Positions 41,429 through 51,377 are shown, counted from the stretch's first letter. The stretch is 64,000 nt of DNA from Minisyncoccota bacterium (GCA_020059585.1 JAGVBU010000009.1:962-64961); one strand, 5' to 3'. A program made the numbers and translations. The notes: generated by a model not told the origin, from the letters alone.

Positions 41429-42403
41429 TTATGATTGTATTTTTCTGAAAGCGCCGCGAAACACGTTTTCTTCAAGCTTTTTCACCTGTATCTTCGAAAA
41501 GTCGTGTTCCGCATCGCATTCAGAGATTACCTCATCCATCGGCGGAAGAAAAAGATCATCGTCGGAATTCATTGTGTAAACAACCCCCGCGTCAAGAAGA
41601 CGATCAATATGGAGATCGCGCACACTTTCTATGAGCCCCGATCGAAGGTTTGAAAGCGGACACCCCGCAACGCGTATTCCCTCACCAAGAACGATCCGCA
41701 TAAGTTCCTTATCGCTTCCGAGCGGGATTGCGTGCCCGATGCCGTGGCACCGAAGATCAAAGATCGCCGTCCGTATGTTATCAAGAAGCCGTTTCTTATA
41801 GGTTTCCTTCGGTTCAGAAAGAACCCATTCTCCCGCATGACAATCTCTCTTTACGTTCGTACCGAACGTGAGCGCATATGCCTTGAGATGTTTTTCGGGG
41901 GGGTGATTCGCTTCGTCGCATACAAGGTCAAGCGCGATTTCTCCGTCGTATTCCACCGCGATTTTTGCGATTTCAATTCCCGTATTTTCATCCGCCTCTC
42001 TTCCGATGCATACAACCGGCATCACGGATATTCCAAATTCTTTTTCGCCGAAGCGGATTCCCTGTACAATCGCATCAGTCGCTCCCCGCATCGTCAGTCC
42101 GCGCTTCGTGTGATATTGGGGAGCAAACTTTCCCTCAATATATGAATATCCTTCTTTTGCTCTTCGTTTTACGTAATTAAAGCCGAGTATTTCGAGGGAT
42201 TCCCTCGTTTGCAGCACATCGGTTATCACCGAAAAACGTTTCACAATATCAATATGGGGATTCTTGAAAAATTCGAGAATATCTTCTTTCGCGCCAAACG
42301 GATATTTCTTTTTTGCCTGCGCATAAAGCGCCGGAAGAATATCGGCAACAACGCTGCTCCCATCGATATGATCGTGGAGTAGTCCTTTTATTTCTGGTCT
42401 CAC
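41429..42403 (-). CDS. add: Adenosine/adenine deaminase family protein
   Basis: LHDHIDGS, YIEGKFAP, HAGE, GIGHA, CPLSN, NSDD metal-binding motifs. Confidence 0.85.
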   Translation of the reverse strand: MRPEIKGLLHDHIDGSSVVADILPALYAQAKKKYPFGAKEDILEFFKNPHIDIVKRFSVITDVLQTRESLEILGFNYVKRRAKEGYSYIEGKFAPQYHTKRGLTMRGATDAIVQGIRFGEKEFGISVMPVVCIGREADENTGIEIAKIAVEYDGEIALDLVCDEANHPPEKHLKAYALTFGTNVKRDCHAGEWVLSEPKETYKKRLLDNIRTAIFDLRCHGIGHAIPLGSDKELMRIVLGEGIRVAGCPLSNLRSGLIESVRDLHIDRLLDAGVVYTMNSDDDLFLPPMDEVISECDAEHDFSKIQVKKLEENVFRGAFRKIQS

Positions 42404-42464
42404 TTCCGTCTCCTTTTTTTATTTTCTGATTGAAAGTATACCCCCTCGGTTTTCCCCTGTCACC

Positions 42465-43310
42465 CTATTCCGCCGCACAGGTATTTTTCCCCATAAGCGC
42501 GTAAAGTCCGCACCATCCGGTAAATGCCTCATATAACACGAACGTTCCGAATATCAGAACCGGAATATTCCAAAATGCCGTACCCCCGATAAAGAGAGTT
42601 CCTCCAAGAATGAGGCGGACAATTCTGTCTTTCTTCCCTGTGTTTTTTTCAAATTTTCCTGCCTCATCCCTTCCCACATAGCGTGCGGCAAGAACGAATA
42701 TTATTTTCCATATTCCAAACATTATCGCAAGAAATACAATACTTCCGACAATCCCTATGGGAGAGATAAAAATCGAAATCGCCGACTTCCCGAAAAAATC
42801 AATCTTCAATTTAGGAAGAAGCCACGTCGCCCGAAGAGTTTCCATAAATCCGAATTTCTCTTCTCCGCCTATTGCAAGCACGTACTTTCCCTCGTTTTTT
42901 TCATTAAAGACCGAGATCGCGTATGTCCCCGCTGGAACACGGGTCCCAAATTCGGGTCCCTTGAGATACCAATCCGCGCCGAATGGCTCATATATCACCT
43001 CCCATTCATCCGCATCCCCGTCAAGCGACGCGACACGCGTTTCCTCATCGATGCGGGATATATGCGCAGAGAATTTCTCCGCAGTATCTTCTTTCGGGAC
43101 CAAAAGCCCCGCGTAGAATTCAAAATCTTCTTTCGACTCTATCACGTACATACGCGGCGATCCTTGGAGTGTGTCATAAAACGCTTTTGAAATTTCCGGA
43201 TCGCTCACAAGAACAGGGCTTTGCGTCACAATGTTCGGCTGATGCGCGTATGCGTACCCCCAAAACAGTAAAGAAGAAGCTACTCCGAAAAATACAATAA
43301 TTTTCTTCAT
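42465..43310 (-). CDS. Exported-domain membrane protein with C-terminal DUF2892 (YgaP-like)
   Basis: Signal peptide ending AYA-HQP; C-terminal KNTGKKDRIVRLILG...GWCGLYALMGKNTC. Confidence 0.75.
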   Translation of the reverse strand: MKKIIVFFGVASSLLFWGYAYAHQPNIVTQSPVLVSDPEISKAFYDTLQGSPRMYVIESKEDFEFYAGLLVPKEDTAEKFSAHISRIDEETRVASLDGDADEWEVIYEPFGADWYLKGPEFGTRVPAGTYAISVFNEKNEGKYVLAIGGEEKFGFMETLRATWLLPKLKIDFFGKSAISIFISPIGIVGSIVFLAIMFGIWKIIFVLAARYVGRDEAGKFEKNTGKKDRIVRLILGGTLFIGGTAFWNIPVLIFGTFVLYEAFTGWCGLYALMGKNTCAAE

Positions 43311-43377
43311 CGATTTCAGTGTACCTTGTGTGGTAATAATAAAAAAGTACACGACATATGCCGTGTACTTCGATTTT

Positions 43378-44280
43378 TCAATATAATGGATTCTTCTCTT
43401 CCTTTTCCCTGAGGAGATATGCTATCAATTCCTCTCTCTTTCTGTTGAGGATATTGAACATTATGAGCTGTATCAATTCCCTATCCCGCACTTTTTTCAT
43501 TTTTTCGAACACGATAGGAATCGAAAAACTCTCGAATCTTCCGTACAGTTCCTCTCTGAGAAGAGCTTCCTGAGAAGCGTGCCCGCGTCTTAGTGATTCA
43601 TTGAGAAACGCGATAAGTTCATCGGATGTAATGCTTTTTCTCCGGAAAATAGCCTCATTCAACGCGGCATCACATAATCTCCCCGAAGTCTTTCTTACGA
43701 TTCTTTGGAGATTTTCGATACTAATAGTCCTTAATTCAAGAAGGATGCGTGAAAAGAATTTTTCCTCTACCTCGTCTGGAATCTTTTTCATCGAACCTAA
43801 TGCCTCTAAGCATTCCTCAAGAGATGAGGTTTTTATGCTCATTCCTATCGAATCGGCGAGCTGATAGATTCCCGCTGTTTCGTGGATTTTTTCTACCATT
43901 GAGCATTTTTCAATAAGAGAAAGATCTCGTATACCTCGGGAGAATAATGAAAACAAAAACCGTTTCGTGTCTTGATATACGCTCTCTTCCGCAAAGATAA
44001 TGAGTTCATTCAAATGGTCGATCGTATTATGCATGCGCAGAGCATTTTTCACGATATCAATAGAGGATACCGGATTGTTTTCATTCTCATCTTCAAAACT
44101 AATTCCCATCGCATGGATTGTTTTTTCCAGCGTATCTTCTCCTAAAAGATCGCAAAGAATCAGAAGATCCTGAAATGGAACCTTCTGAATACGGAGAGAA
44201 AACGCATCTTTCCCTATGCGTCCCAGTTCATAAAGAGAAACGAGGAGCGGAATCTTATCTGCATATTTGTTGCGTTCCAT
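43378..44280 (-). CDS. Hypothetical helical protein
   Basis: GGAGG SD, 300-aa Leu/Glu-rich ORF. Confidence 0.65.
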   Translation of the reverse strand: MERNKYADKIPLLVSLYELGRIGKDAFSLRIQKVPFQDLLILCDLLGEDTLEKTIHAMGISFEDENENNPVSSIDIVKNALRMHNTIDHLNELIIFAEESVYQDTKRFLFSLFSRGIRDLSLIEKCSMVEKIHETAGIYQLADSIGMSIKTSSLEECLEALGSMKKIPDEVEEKFFSRILLELRTISIENLQRIVRKTSGRLCDAALNEAIFRRKSITSDELIAFLNESLRRGHASQEALLREELYGRFESFSIPIVFEKMKKVRDRELIQLIMFNILNRKREELIAYLLREKEEKNPLY

Positions 44281-44353
44281 TCAGACCTCCAGTGTCTTTT
44301 CATTAAGTAAAATGTCTTCTTATATAATAATATAAAAGAACATTTTAGTCAAA

Positions 44354-44809
44354 TTAATATGCTTTTTGAGTATATCCTTCGCACTGCGGAGGGATAAAGC
44401 ATCTGTTCGGATCAGCGTCCGGTCCCGGCATGCAGTTCACCCACTCGGGGCATCCGGCATATTTTTCATTCTTTGTGTCATCAAAAACACCTCCTTCTAT
44501 AGGCGTGGATTCCACAGAACCCCCCTTCCACTCGACACCACACTCGTTTCTGAAGAAACTCCACTCTTCACATTCTGTTCCGTCAGGAAACAAACAATAT
44601 CCAACCTCTCCGCCTGCATCGTCTTTTCGTATATCAATCTCATATCCGTACGCAATACACGCCTGCGACGCGGGGTTTGCAATCTGCACGACATCCTTAG
44701 AAGGAATGATTGTTGTTTCCTCTTTCGCGTCTTTCGGAGCCTTATTCGCAACAAATCCAATCCCCGCAAGAAGAATAAGCGCCACAATGATGAGTATATT
44801 TTTTTTCAT
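44354..44809 (-). CDS. DUF333-domain secreted Cys-rich protein
   Basis: IANPASQAC, GYCLFPDGTECEEWSFFRNEC; second module CPEWVNCMPGP. Confidence 0.85.
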   Translation of the reverse strand: MKKNILIIVALILLAGIGFVANKAPKDAKEETTIIPSKDVVQIANPASQACIAYGYEIDIRKDDAGGEVGYCLFPDGTECEEWSFFRNECGVEWKGGSVESTPIEGGVFDDTKNEKYAGCPEWVNCMPGPDADPNRCFIPPQCEGYTQKAY

Positions 44810-44867
44810 TCTTTTATTATACCACGCGTCGTTTGATCTCGCAGTAATAATGCGGGAAAATAGTCAT

Positions 44868-45527
44868 ATGAAAGAGTCGCGGATCATTCTTATCGACAAG
44901 CCCGCCGGAATTACCTCATTTGATGTCATTCGGATATTAAGAAAAAAGTTAGGCATAAAAAAGATGGGGCACGCGGGAACGCTTGACCCTCTCGCAACAG
45001 GGCTTCTTATTATTGGCATCGGCGAGGGAACAAAAGAGCTTACGCGCTATATAAAACTTTCGAAAACCTACGAAGCGGAGATACTTTTCGGTACGAAAAC
45101 CGACACGGGAGACATTGATGGAAAAATACTTGATGAAAAACCAGCCTCACATATTTCCGAAAAAGAAATAAAGAACGCGATTGAAAAAATCGTGGGAACT
45201 CACTCTTTCTCGGTGCCATTTTATTCCGCGATAAAAGTGTCAGGAGTTCGCCTGTACGCGCATGCAAGAAAGGGAACCGCCGTAGAAATTCCAAAGAAAG
45301 AAATGACCGTCTATTCTGCGTCACTCACGCACATCGAAAATTCCGGAGAGAAAGTGATCGCGTCCGTTTCTATGGACGTATCAAGCGGAACATATGTCCG
45401 CACCATCGCCGAAGAGATAGGGCGCGTACTTTCAATTCCCGCAACGGTGCGAAATCTGCGCCGTACCCGCATTGGCGATTTTTTGATAAAGGACGCAATT
45501 CGCGTTTCCGATATTTCGGATGCGTGA
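44868..45527 (+). CDS. truB: tRNA pseudouridine-55 synthase
   Basis: DKPAGITSFDV, GHAGTLDPLATG, SSGTYVRT, LRRTRIG. Confidence 0.96.
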   Translation: MKESRIILIDKPAGITSFDVIRILRKKLGIKKMGHAGTLDPLATGLLIIGIGEGTKELTRYIKLSKTYEAEILFGTKTDTGDIDGKILDEKPASHISEKEIKNAIEKIVGTHSFSVPFYSAIKVSGVRLYAHARKGTAVEIPKKEMTVYSASLTHIENSGEKVIASVSMDVSSGTYVRTIAEEIGRVLSIPATVRNLRRTRIGDFLIKDAIRVSDISDA

Positions 45528-45593
45528 TGCACTTGATTCGCTTTCCTTGGTTGAGTATAGTGTTGACAGGAAATTAAAAAACACGGAGGAAAT

Positions 45594-46253
45594 ATGTTCC
45601 AGCCGATTCCAATGGATGAATTTTTGCATCGGACGGATGCAAAAATACCCGAATTTCCAAGCGAATTTCAATTCGTAGTGTCGCTCAGGGATATAATTGA
45701 GATTTCTGCGGTTCAGGTAATGCCTCTTGAATATATGAAGAAAATAATCAGAAACGTCACCCTTGAGGGAGATTCTTCATATAAACCATACAAAGACGCC
45801 GAGATCTCTTTGGCGAGGATGGATCCTCATGAATTAAACGTGGGGCAAACGTTTATTGAAAGAAAAAAATACCAATCAATACTCGAAAATTTCGGGAACG
45901 CGCTTATGCAGCATTATTGCGTTCCTCGCGGGATTGCAAAAGCGATGCCTGTTATTGTATTTGGAAAAACTGCGGCGATAGACCGAGCAGTTGCACTATA
46001 TCTTCCTCCCATTATCGAATCTAATTCGCGCCAATTCCTGATTGACGGAATTCACCGTAATTTCGTCGTAATGCGTACAGGAACCACCATTGAAAGTATT
46101 ATTATAAAAAACGTTAATGTTCCTCTTCCTTGCGATATCGGAAGGTGGGATATGGTGGAAATAATGGATGAAAAACCTCCCCGCGAAATGCGCTTTCATA
46201 ATCTGAACGTACATTTTTTCAGAAATCTGAAATTCGCTGGAGTAGATGGATAA
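45594..46253 (+). CDS. Hypothetical protein with ParB/sulfiredoxin-like motif
   Basis: GGAGG SD; LPPIIE...FLIDGIHR resembles the ParB/Srx DGHHR motif. Confidence 0.6.
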   Translation: MFQPIPMDEFLHRTDAKIPEFPSEFQFVVSLRDIIEISAVQVMPLEYMKKIIRNVTLEGDSSYKPYKDAEISLARMDPHELNVGQTFIERKKYQSILENFGNALMQHYCVPRGIAKAMPVIVFGKTAAIDRAVALYLPPIIESNSRQFLIDGIHRNFVVMRTGTTIESIIIKNVNVPLPCDIGRWDMVEIMDEKPPREMRFHNLNVHFFRNLKFAGVDG

Positions 46254-46288
46254 AAAAACATCCGCCTCGTAACCAATCGAGGCGATTT

Positions 46289-46765
46289 TTAATAATGATA
46301 TGTTTTTCCCTTTGCGAGGGTAATTCCCCTATACAATTGTTCAAATAAAAGCACGCGGGCAAATTCATGGGGAAACGTAAAACGAGAAAGCGCGATACGT
46401 TCATAATTCTTTGAATATAATTCTTCGCTGAATCCAAGAGCTCCTCCGATAATAAATACCATGGGAGTGCTTGAATGTTTTTCGAGGAATTCGGAAAACT
46501 CATATGATGTCATTTCCTTTCCCCGTTCATCGAGAAGGAAGATAGACGCTCCTCTTTTTTCTTCTTTTTCGGCAATCGCGCACACACGCTCCCCCTCTTT
46601 CTTTTTGGATTTTTTCTTTTCCGCATCGGTCGTAAACGATTCCGCGCGCGCTTCCACAAGACGGACGCGCGCAAAAGGGGCGAGGCGTTTCACATATGTC
46701 TCGCACAGAAACTGAATTGCGGATGATTTTATTCCCCCTACCGCAAGAATCGTAATATCGTGCAT
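46289..46765 (-). CDS. rlmH: 23S rRNA m3-pseudouridine-1915 methyltransferase
   Basis: LDERGK, FIIGGALG, LSRFTFPHE, EQLYRG, YHY. Confidence 0.95.
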   Translation of the reverse strand: MHDITILAVGGIKSSAIQFLCETYVKRLAPFARVRLVEARAESFTTDAEKKKSKKKEGERVCAIAEKEEKRGASIFLLDERGKEMTSYEFSEFLEKHSSTPMVFIIGGALGFSEELYSKNYERIALSRFTFPHEFARVLLFEQLYRGITLAKGKTYHY

Positions 46766-46767
46766 AT

Positions 46768-47445
46768 CTATTCTCCTTGCGCGATCTCCTCTGATTTTTC
46801 CTTTATTTTTCTGTCTGCTTTATAAAACCTAAGAAGAGAGAATACCACGATACTCCCCATTACGATACCAAGAAGATTTGCGAAAAAAACGAAGAAAAAG
46901 AAACGTGCCGCGTCAAAATCAAGCACGCTCAACCACACACCGACCGCGCTTATCGGCGGAACAAGAGAAACAGCAATCGCGATTCCCGGAAGCACCGCCG
47001 CAATCTCTTTGTGCGCCCACGCGAATGTCGCGGCAATTCCGGAAATCACCGCAACCACGAAGTAAAGAATTACCGTCCGCGCTGAATTATCAAAAATTGC
47101 CTCCTGCGGTACCCCGAAAATAAGCGCGACAAGACACGATACCACAACCACAAACCCGAACGATTTTCCAAGAAGGACGCCAAGGGGCTTAAGAAGCGCG
47201 GGTTCCCCCGTTGAAAACGCGAGAGCTAATGCGAGTACGGGGGTAAGCATAGGCGTTACAAGCATACCTCCTATAATGACAGGAGCATTTCCCAGAAGAA
47301 TACCGCACACAACAATAATCGAAGAAAGAATAAGAAGCGTGTAATATGTCAGGCTTGGTTTGCTTTCGTCTAAAAGCTCTTCAACAGTGCGATATTGATT
47401 CGATCGCGTGACCTTAAATACATTGTCTTCTTTCTTTTTTTCCAT
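46768..47445 (-). CDS. DUF389 family membrane protein
   Basis: VIIGGMLVTPM, LPGIAIAVSLVPP, FFANL. Confidence 0.88.
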   Translation of the reverse strand: MEKKKEDNVFKVTRSNQYRTVEELLDESKPSLTYYTLLILSSIIVVCGILLGNAPVIIGGMLVTPMLTPVLALALAFSTGEPALLKPLGVLLGKSFGFVVVVSCLVALIFGVPQEAIFDNSARTVILYFVVAVISGIAATFAWAHKEIAAVLPGIAIAVSLVPPISAVGVWLSVLDFDAARFFFFVFFANLLGIVMGSIVVFSLLRFYKADRKIKEKSEEIAQGE

Positions 47446-47464
47446 AATTTCTATTGTACCACTA

Positions 47465-48868
47465 TTATCCGAAAAATTGCTGTTGAATCACCCGAACCGC
47501 AAAAAAGATAAAAAAGAGCGAAATACATACCATAACTATATTCGTGAATATTCCGGGACGAAGTTTTCTTTCCAATTTCGTATTGTTCATGTATATGAGA
47601 AACGGCGTATATACGGCCATAGTAAGACCTCCGAGAACCGCTGAAATAACAAGAAGCGAAAGCGGCTGACGCATTGGAATGAGAAGCGCGCCTACGAAAA
47701 CAACGAGAGTGATAATACTGTAATATAACGTTCCCATCGGTATGCGTTCCGCCCATGAAAAGAAACGGCGCATTCCTCCCGCGCGGGAATTCGTATAAAT
47801 TATATCGCTTAACATTCTTGTGAGCGCATCAATCACCGTCCACATCACCGAGAAAAGCATAAGGAATGCCATAACAAGGAAAAGTATGAATCCGGGACGT
47901 CCGAGCGTACTTCCAAAAATGTGCGCCTGCACTACCGCCACATCAATCCCCTCTGGAACAAGATTCATCGGAGAAAGTACCGCATGCGCGTTGATACTCA
48001 AAAGAAGAAGAGAGATGAACCCTATAAGAAGGAATACTATCCCCTGATCTACCCGCATGAAACGCATCCACTTCTTCCATCGTATGATATTTTCCTGTGT
48101 ATCTTCAAAACAAAATCCCGTTGCGGCAATTGCCTCGTTTTTTCCGGTAATCGGATTTTCTATGCGTCCCACGTATTTTCCCATTCCTACCTGCTTGTCC
48201 CTGTACCAAAGAGAAACACAAAGATTAAGCATCCCCCCCGCGCCGGCAAATACAATCGCGCTAAGAAGAATGTTAATGTCTATATCTTTGGGTATTTTCC
48301 CGAAATCTAAAAATCCTCGCGCGACTTCCGCCCAATGATCTGCGCTCACGTTCAGAACGGTAATTGCGACGAGCATAAGGAAAAAAGTGGGAACGATTAT
48401 CTTTAGGGTCTTTTCTAGAAGCACATATGCCCTTTTCCCGAGAAACGTGATTATAAGCACAAGTCCGAGCGACCCCCATGCCCATCCGAAATGCGTTCCG
48501 AATCCGAAAAGTTCACGTAATGTGGTGCCTATCGCGCTCGCCCATCCGGGCCATATATATAAAAGTATTGCCGAAAGGAACCAAAATATAGGAAACCACT
48601 TGAACACCCGCGCGGAGGCGGTAAAAAAACTTTCCCCTGTAGAAATAGAATATCGCGCAACTTCATGATTGATAAAATACTGCGCGACAATCCCGAGAAG
48701 CGCCAACCAAAGAAGATTCACTCCGTATTTCGTCACAAGATGAGGCCACATAATGAGCTCCCCCGTTCCCATCGCGAGACCCGTGACGACAATACCCACG
48801 CCAAGCGCCTTCGTCCAATGAGGAGGGTTGGGCATTTCTTTTTTCTCAAGTTTTGGATATGTATCCAT
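47465..48868 (-). CDS. Nramp-superfamily transporter
   Basis: GLAMGTGELIMWP, EVARYSISTGE, AGAGG; about 11 TM. Confidence 0.8.
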   Translation of the reverse strand: MDTYPKLEKKEMPNPPHWTKALGVGIVVTGLAMGTGELIMWPHLVTKYGVNLLWLALLGIVAQYFINHEVARYSISTGESFFTASARVFKWFPIFWFLSAILLYIWPGWASAIGTTLRELFGFGTHFGWAWGSLGLVLIITFLGKRAYVLLEKTLKIIVPTFFLMLVAITVLNVSADHWAEVARGFLDFGKIPKDIDINILLSAIVFAGAGGMLNLCVSLWYRDKQVGMGKYVGRIENPITGKNEAIAATGFCFEDTQENIIRWKKWMRFMRVDQGIVFLLIGFISLLLLSINAHAVLSPMNLVPEGIDVAVVQAHIFGSTLGRPGFILFLVMAFLMLFSVMWTVIDALTRMLSDIIYTNSRAGGMRRFFSWAERIPMGTLYYSIITLVVFVGALLIPMRQPLSLLVISAVLGGLTMAVYTPFLIYMNNTKLERKLRPGIFTNIVMVCISLFFIFFAVRVIQQQFFG

Positions 48869-48899
48869 ATATTTCTCAGTATATGTGAAAAAAACACAT

Positions 48900-48940
48900 A
48901 ACAAAACTCCGTTCCGATTAAATCGGAACGGAGTTTTGTT
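48900..48940. terminator. Perfect 20-bp inverted repeat, terminator-like
   Basis: aacaaaactccgttccgatt-a-aatcggaacggagttttgtt. Confidence 0.8.
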
Positions 48941-48947
48941 TGAAAGC

Positions 48948-49085
48948 TTATACCTGCTGTCCCTCTGAAGGAGTTGCTGGCTCTGAGGAAGCCGGAGCTT
49001 CGGGTTGTGCCGGCGCGCTCTGCTCTTCTGCGGGAACGTTCTGCGGTTCCGCTGCAGGCGCCTGCTGCGTGTTCAATTCATCCAT
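48948..49085 (-). CDS. 45-aa acidic Pro/Ala/Gln/Glu-rich small protein, not in the ORF track
   Basis: MDELNTQQAPAAEPQNVPAEEQSAPAQPEAPASSEPATPSEGQQV*; upstream TTGATT-N17-TAGACT; terminator directly downstream. Confidence 0.7.
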   Translation of the reverse strand: MDELNTQQAPAAEPQNVPAEEQSAPAQPEAPASSEPATPSEGQQV

Positions 49086-49259
49086 ATTTTTTTAACAACC
49101 TTAAAAGCGGCTTGCGACTATTGCCACACGTTTTTCTCACCTCATTAGTCTACATACTCTACGGGAAAAAATCAAATTTTATCTTGCAAATATCTGAAAA
49201 ACATTGCATACTGTCCCCAGCATCGAAAACCGAATCAGACGTTATAAAGGGAGGTTTTT

Positions 49260-49736
49260 TTGAAAATTGTATATCTCATATTTGATCTTGCGTGGTTTTT
49301 GTTTTTTTCCTTTATTGTCGCGATACCATTCTGGATACTCATCCAAATATCCCAAACGCACGAAACACCTCTTCTTTACATACTGAGCGCCGCGGCGTAT
49401 GGCTCGCTGAGTGTTATCGCTATGAAAAAAATAATAGCCGTTCTTTCTTCAACTCATCGATGGAAAATCGTGCGGGAAAAAATTGACGCGATTATAGAAA
49501 GTGCCGCAAATGGAGGAGCTGCTACCTTTGTGCGTAAATGGGAATATATCGCGCTTGTAATCATTTCCGCGGTCGGATTTGCTCAAACCGCGATAATAAT
49601 TTCCGAAAACAGTAGAAGTCTTCTTCCTCATGGAGGAAAATGCGTTCATCTCGGCGTTTTCCTTTCGGCTTTCATCGCGTATTTTTTCTTTCGTGGGGGT
49701 TCGCAGATCATTGTATTCATTATCGACCTTTTTTAA
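49260..49736 (+). CDS. Hypothetical membrane protein
   Basis: GGAGG SD before TTG; about 4 hydrophobic segments. Confidence 0.6.
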   Translation: MKIVYLIFDLAWFLFFSFIVAIPFWILIQISQTHETPLLYILSAAAYGSLSVIAMKKIIAVLSSTHRWKIVREKIDAIIESAANGGAATFVRKWEYIALVIISAVGFAQTAIIISENSRSLLPHGGKCVHLGVFLSAFIAYFFFRGGSQIIVFIIDLF

Positions 49737-49810
49737 TTTTGTATCGCACGGCTTTTATGCCGTGCTTTTATTTGACTTTTTGTCTCTGGCGTTTGAAAAT
49801 CTATCTATAT

Positions 49811-49890
49811 GAGCCCCTATACCTGCTTGCGCAGGAAGGGCTCAGTTCCGACGATTTTGTCGGAGTTCCGACCGGAAGCGTTGGAACTGA
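49811..49890. repeat. Nested palindromic elements upstream of tRNA-Lys
   Basis: gagccc..cctgc-ttgc-gcagg..gggctc and tcagttccgacg...cgttggaactga with inner hairpins. Confidence 0.6.
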
Positions 49891-49914
49891 TTAAAAATTA
49901 TTTATAGCGTATAT

Positions 49915-49987
49915 GCCCCTATAGCTCAGCTGGTAGAGCAGTTGCCTTTTAAGCAATTGGTCCTAGGTTCGAATCCTAGTGGGGGCA
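49915..49987 (+). tRNA. tRNA-Lys(TTT)
   Basis: GCCCCTA/TGGGGGC acceptor, anticodon arm GTTGC-CTTTTAA-GCAAT, TTCGAAT T-loop. Confidence 0.97.
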
Positions 49988-50078
49988 CAAAACGGATTGC
50001 GCGATGCGCAAAGCGAGACACATTGTGTCTCGCGTTCCGTTTTGTGCGGCGCCTGCCTGCCGGTAAGACAGAGGCGGG
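49985..50078. repeat. Three-way palindromic trailer of tRNA-Lys plus a cctgcctgccggta element
   Basis: gcacaaaacgga/tccgttttgtgc enclosing ttgcgc/gcgcaa and gcgagacac/gtgtctcgc; gcctgcctgccggta at 50051-50065. Confidence 0.65.
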
Positions 50079-50084
50079 AAGATC

Positions 50085-50792
50085 TTAAATTTCAAAACCT
50101 TTCAGATACTTTATTCTTTGTGCTTCCGGAAACCTTTCTATTGCATATCTCAGCGTAACGCGCGGCATTGTTTTGTAGTATTTTCTTAAAAACACCTCTT
50201 CCTTATGAAGTGAACGCTTCCCCACTTCCCGAAGCATCCACCCTACTGCCTTTCGGATGAGATCGTGAGGGTCGTGCACAAGTATTTCCGCGATGGAGAG
50301 TGCGTCCGAAAATACTCCTTGTTTTATAAAATAAAAGGAAGCAATCATCGCGACTCTCCTGCTCCACACATTCTTTGAGCGCGCAAGGATAAAAAGGTTT
50401 TTTTTATCACGATTGAATAAATGTCTCCCAACTATCGCACTCGCGGAAATGTCCACAAGATCCCAGTTATTTATCCAACGTAGGTTCCTTATGTACGCGC
50501 GATATATACGTTCATCGTCATTTCCACTCTCATACTTTTTTACAAGAATGCGAAGCGCAAGCGAACGCGCTTCGTGAATTTCAGAATGGAGAATTTTCTC
50601 TATTCCCCGTATGGAGATATCTCTATATTTTGTTGCTAACACATTCAATTCGGGAGAGCTGATTCCAAAAAATACATCCCCCGCCGCGTATTCTCCGCGA
50701 TTTGTTTTAAAAAAACGACGGTATATTTTTGCTTTTTTCTCGTTCCTGCGTTTTTTTAAATCCTTTTTTAATTCACTAAGACCGTCTTTCAT
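50085..50792 (-). CDS. DNA alkylation repair protein (AlkD-like)
   Basis: FFKT..GEY..GDVFFG, INNWDLVD, LIRKAVGWMLREVGKR, MPRVTLRYAIE. Confidence 0.9.
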   Translation of the reverse strand: MKDGLSELKKDLKKRRNEKKAKIYRRFFKTNRGEYAAGDVFFGISSPELNVLATKYRDISIRGIEKILHSEIHEARSLALRILVKKYESGNDDERIYRAYIRNLRWINNWDLVDISASAIVGRHLFNRDKKNLFILARSKNVWSRRVAMIASFYFIKQGVFSDALSIAEILVHDPHDLIRKAVGWMLREVGKRSLHKEEVFLRKYYKTMPRVTLRYAIERFPEAQRIKYLKGFEI

Positions 50793-51349
50793 GAAAAAGA
50801 AATTCGTTCGATGCATTTGTATTCCGGACCTCCTTTCTGGAGAACAGACTCCATAAGATCGAGAGATGGAATCTTATATGCCATTTCAATTGGTTCTCTT
50901 ACATAAGATTCTCTTGGTGGGTTTTTGAAAAGACGTATTAATGAGATGTGCGCGGTAAAATCTTTCCAGTCATTTTTCTTCATAATACCAAGCGCGTTGC
51001 ATTTTTTATCAAATTCATTTCTCATGACTCCAAGCATTTTCGAATCATCGGGACTGCCATTCGCCCAGATTATACGCGGAGGTTTATGAGTATCGAACGT
51101 AACCTCAGTGATATAGATCTCTTTTCCCTTCTCTTTGTGCAATTCTACAACGTGTTTCATTGCCTCCATGATTTTCGGAATATTCTTTTCGTCCTCTTCC
51201 CCGATGAATTTTAGAGTGATGTGCCAATCTATTTCGGGAATCTCCCGTCCACACGAAAGAATTGAATCATCGATCCTGTCGATAGCATAACGCAATTCAC
51301 GGCTTATTGCTTCGGGCACGGGAATTGCGACAAAAAGCCTTCTTTTCAT
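50789..51349 (-). CDS. thpR: RNA 2',3'-cyclic phosphodiesterase (2H family)
   Basis: RLFVAI, HITLKFIG and AHISLIR 2H motifs. Confidence 0.88.
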   Translation of the reverse strand: MKRRLFVAIPVPEAISRELRYAIDRIDDSILSCGREIPEIDWHITLKFIGEEDEKNIPKIMEAMKHVVELHKEKGKEIYITEVTFDTHKPPRIIWANGSPDDSKMLGVMRNEFDKKCNALGIMKKNDWKDFTAHISLIRLFKNPPRESYVREPIEMAYKIPSLDLMESVLQKGGPEYKCIERISFS

Positions 51350-51377
51350 ACGCTTTATCATACCATACAATAAAACC

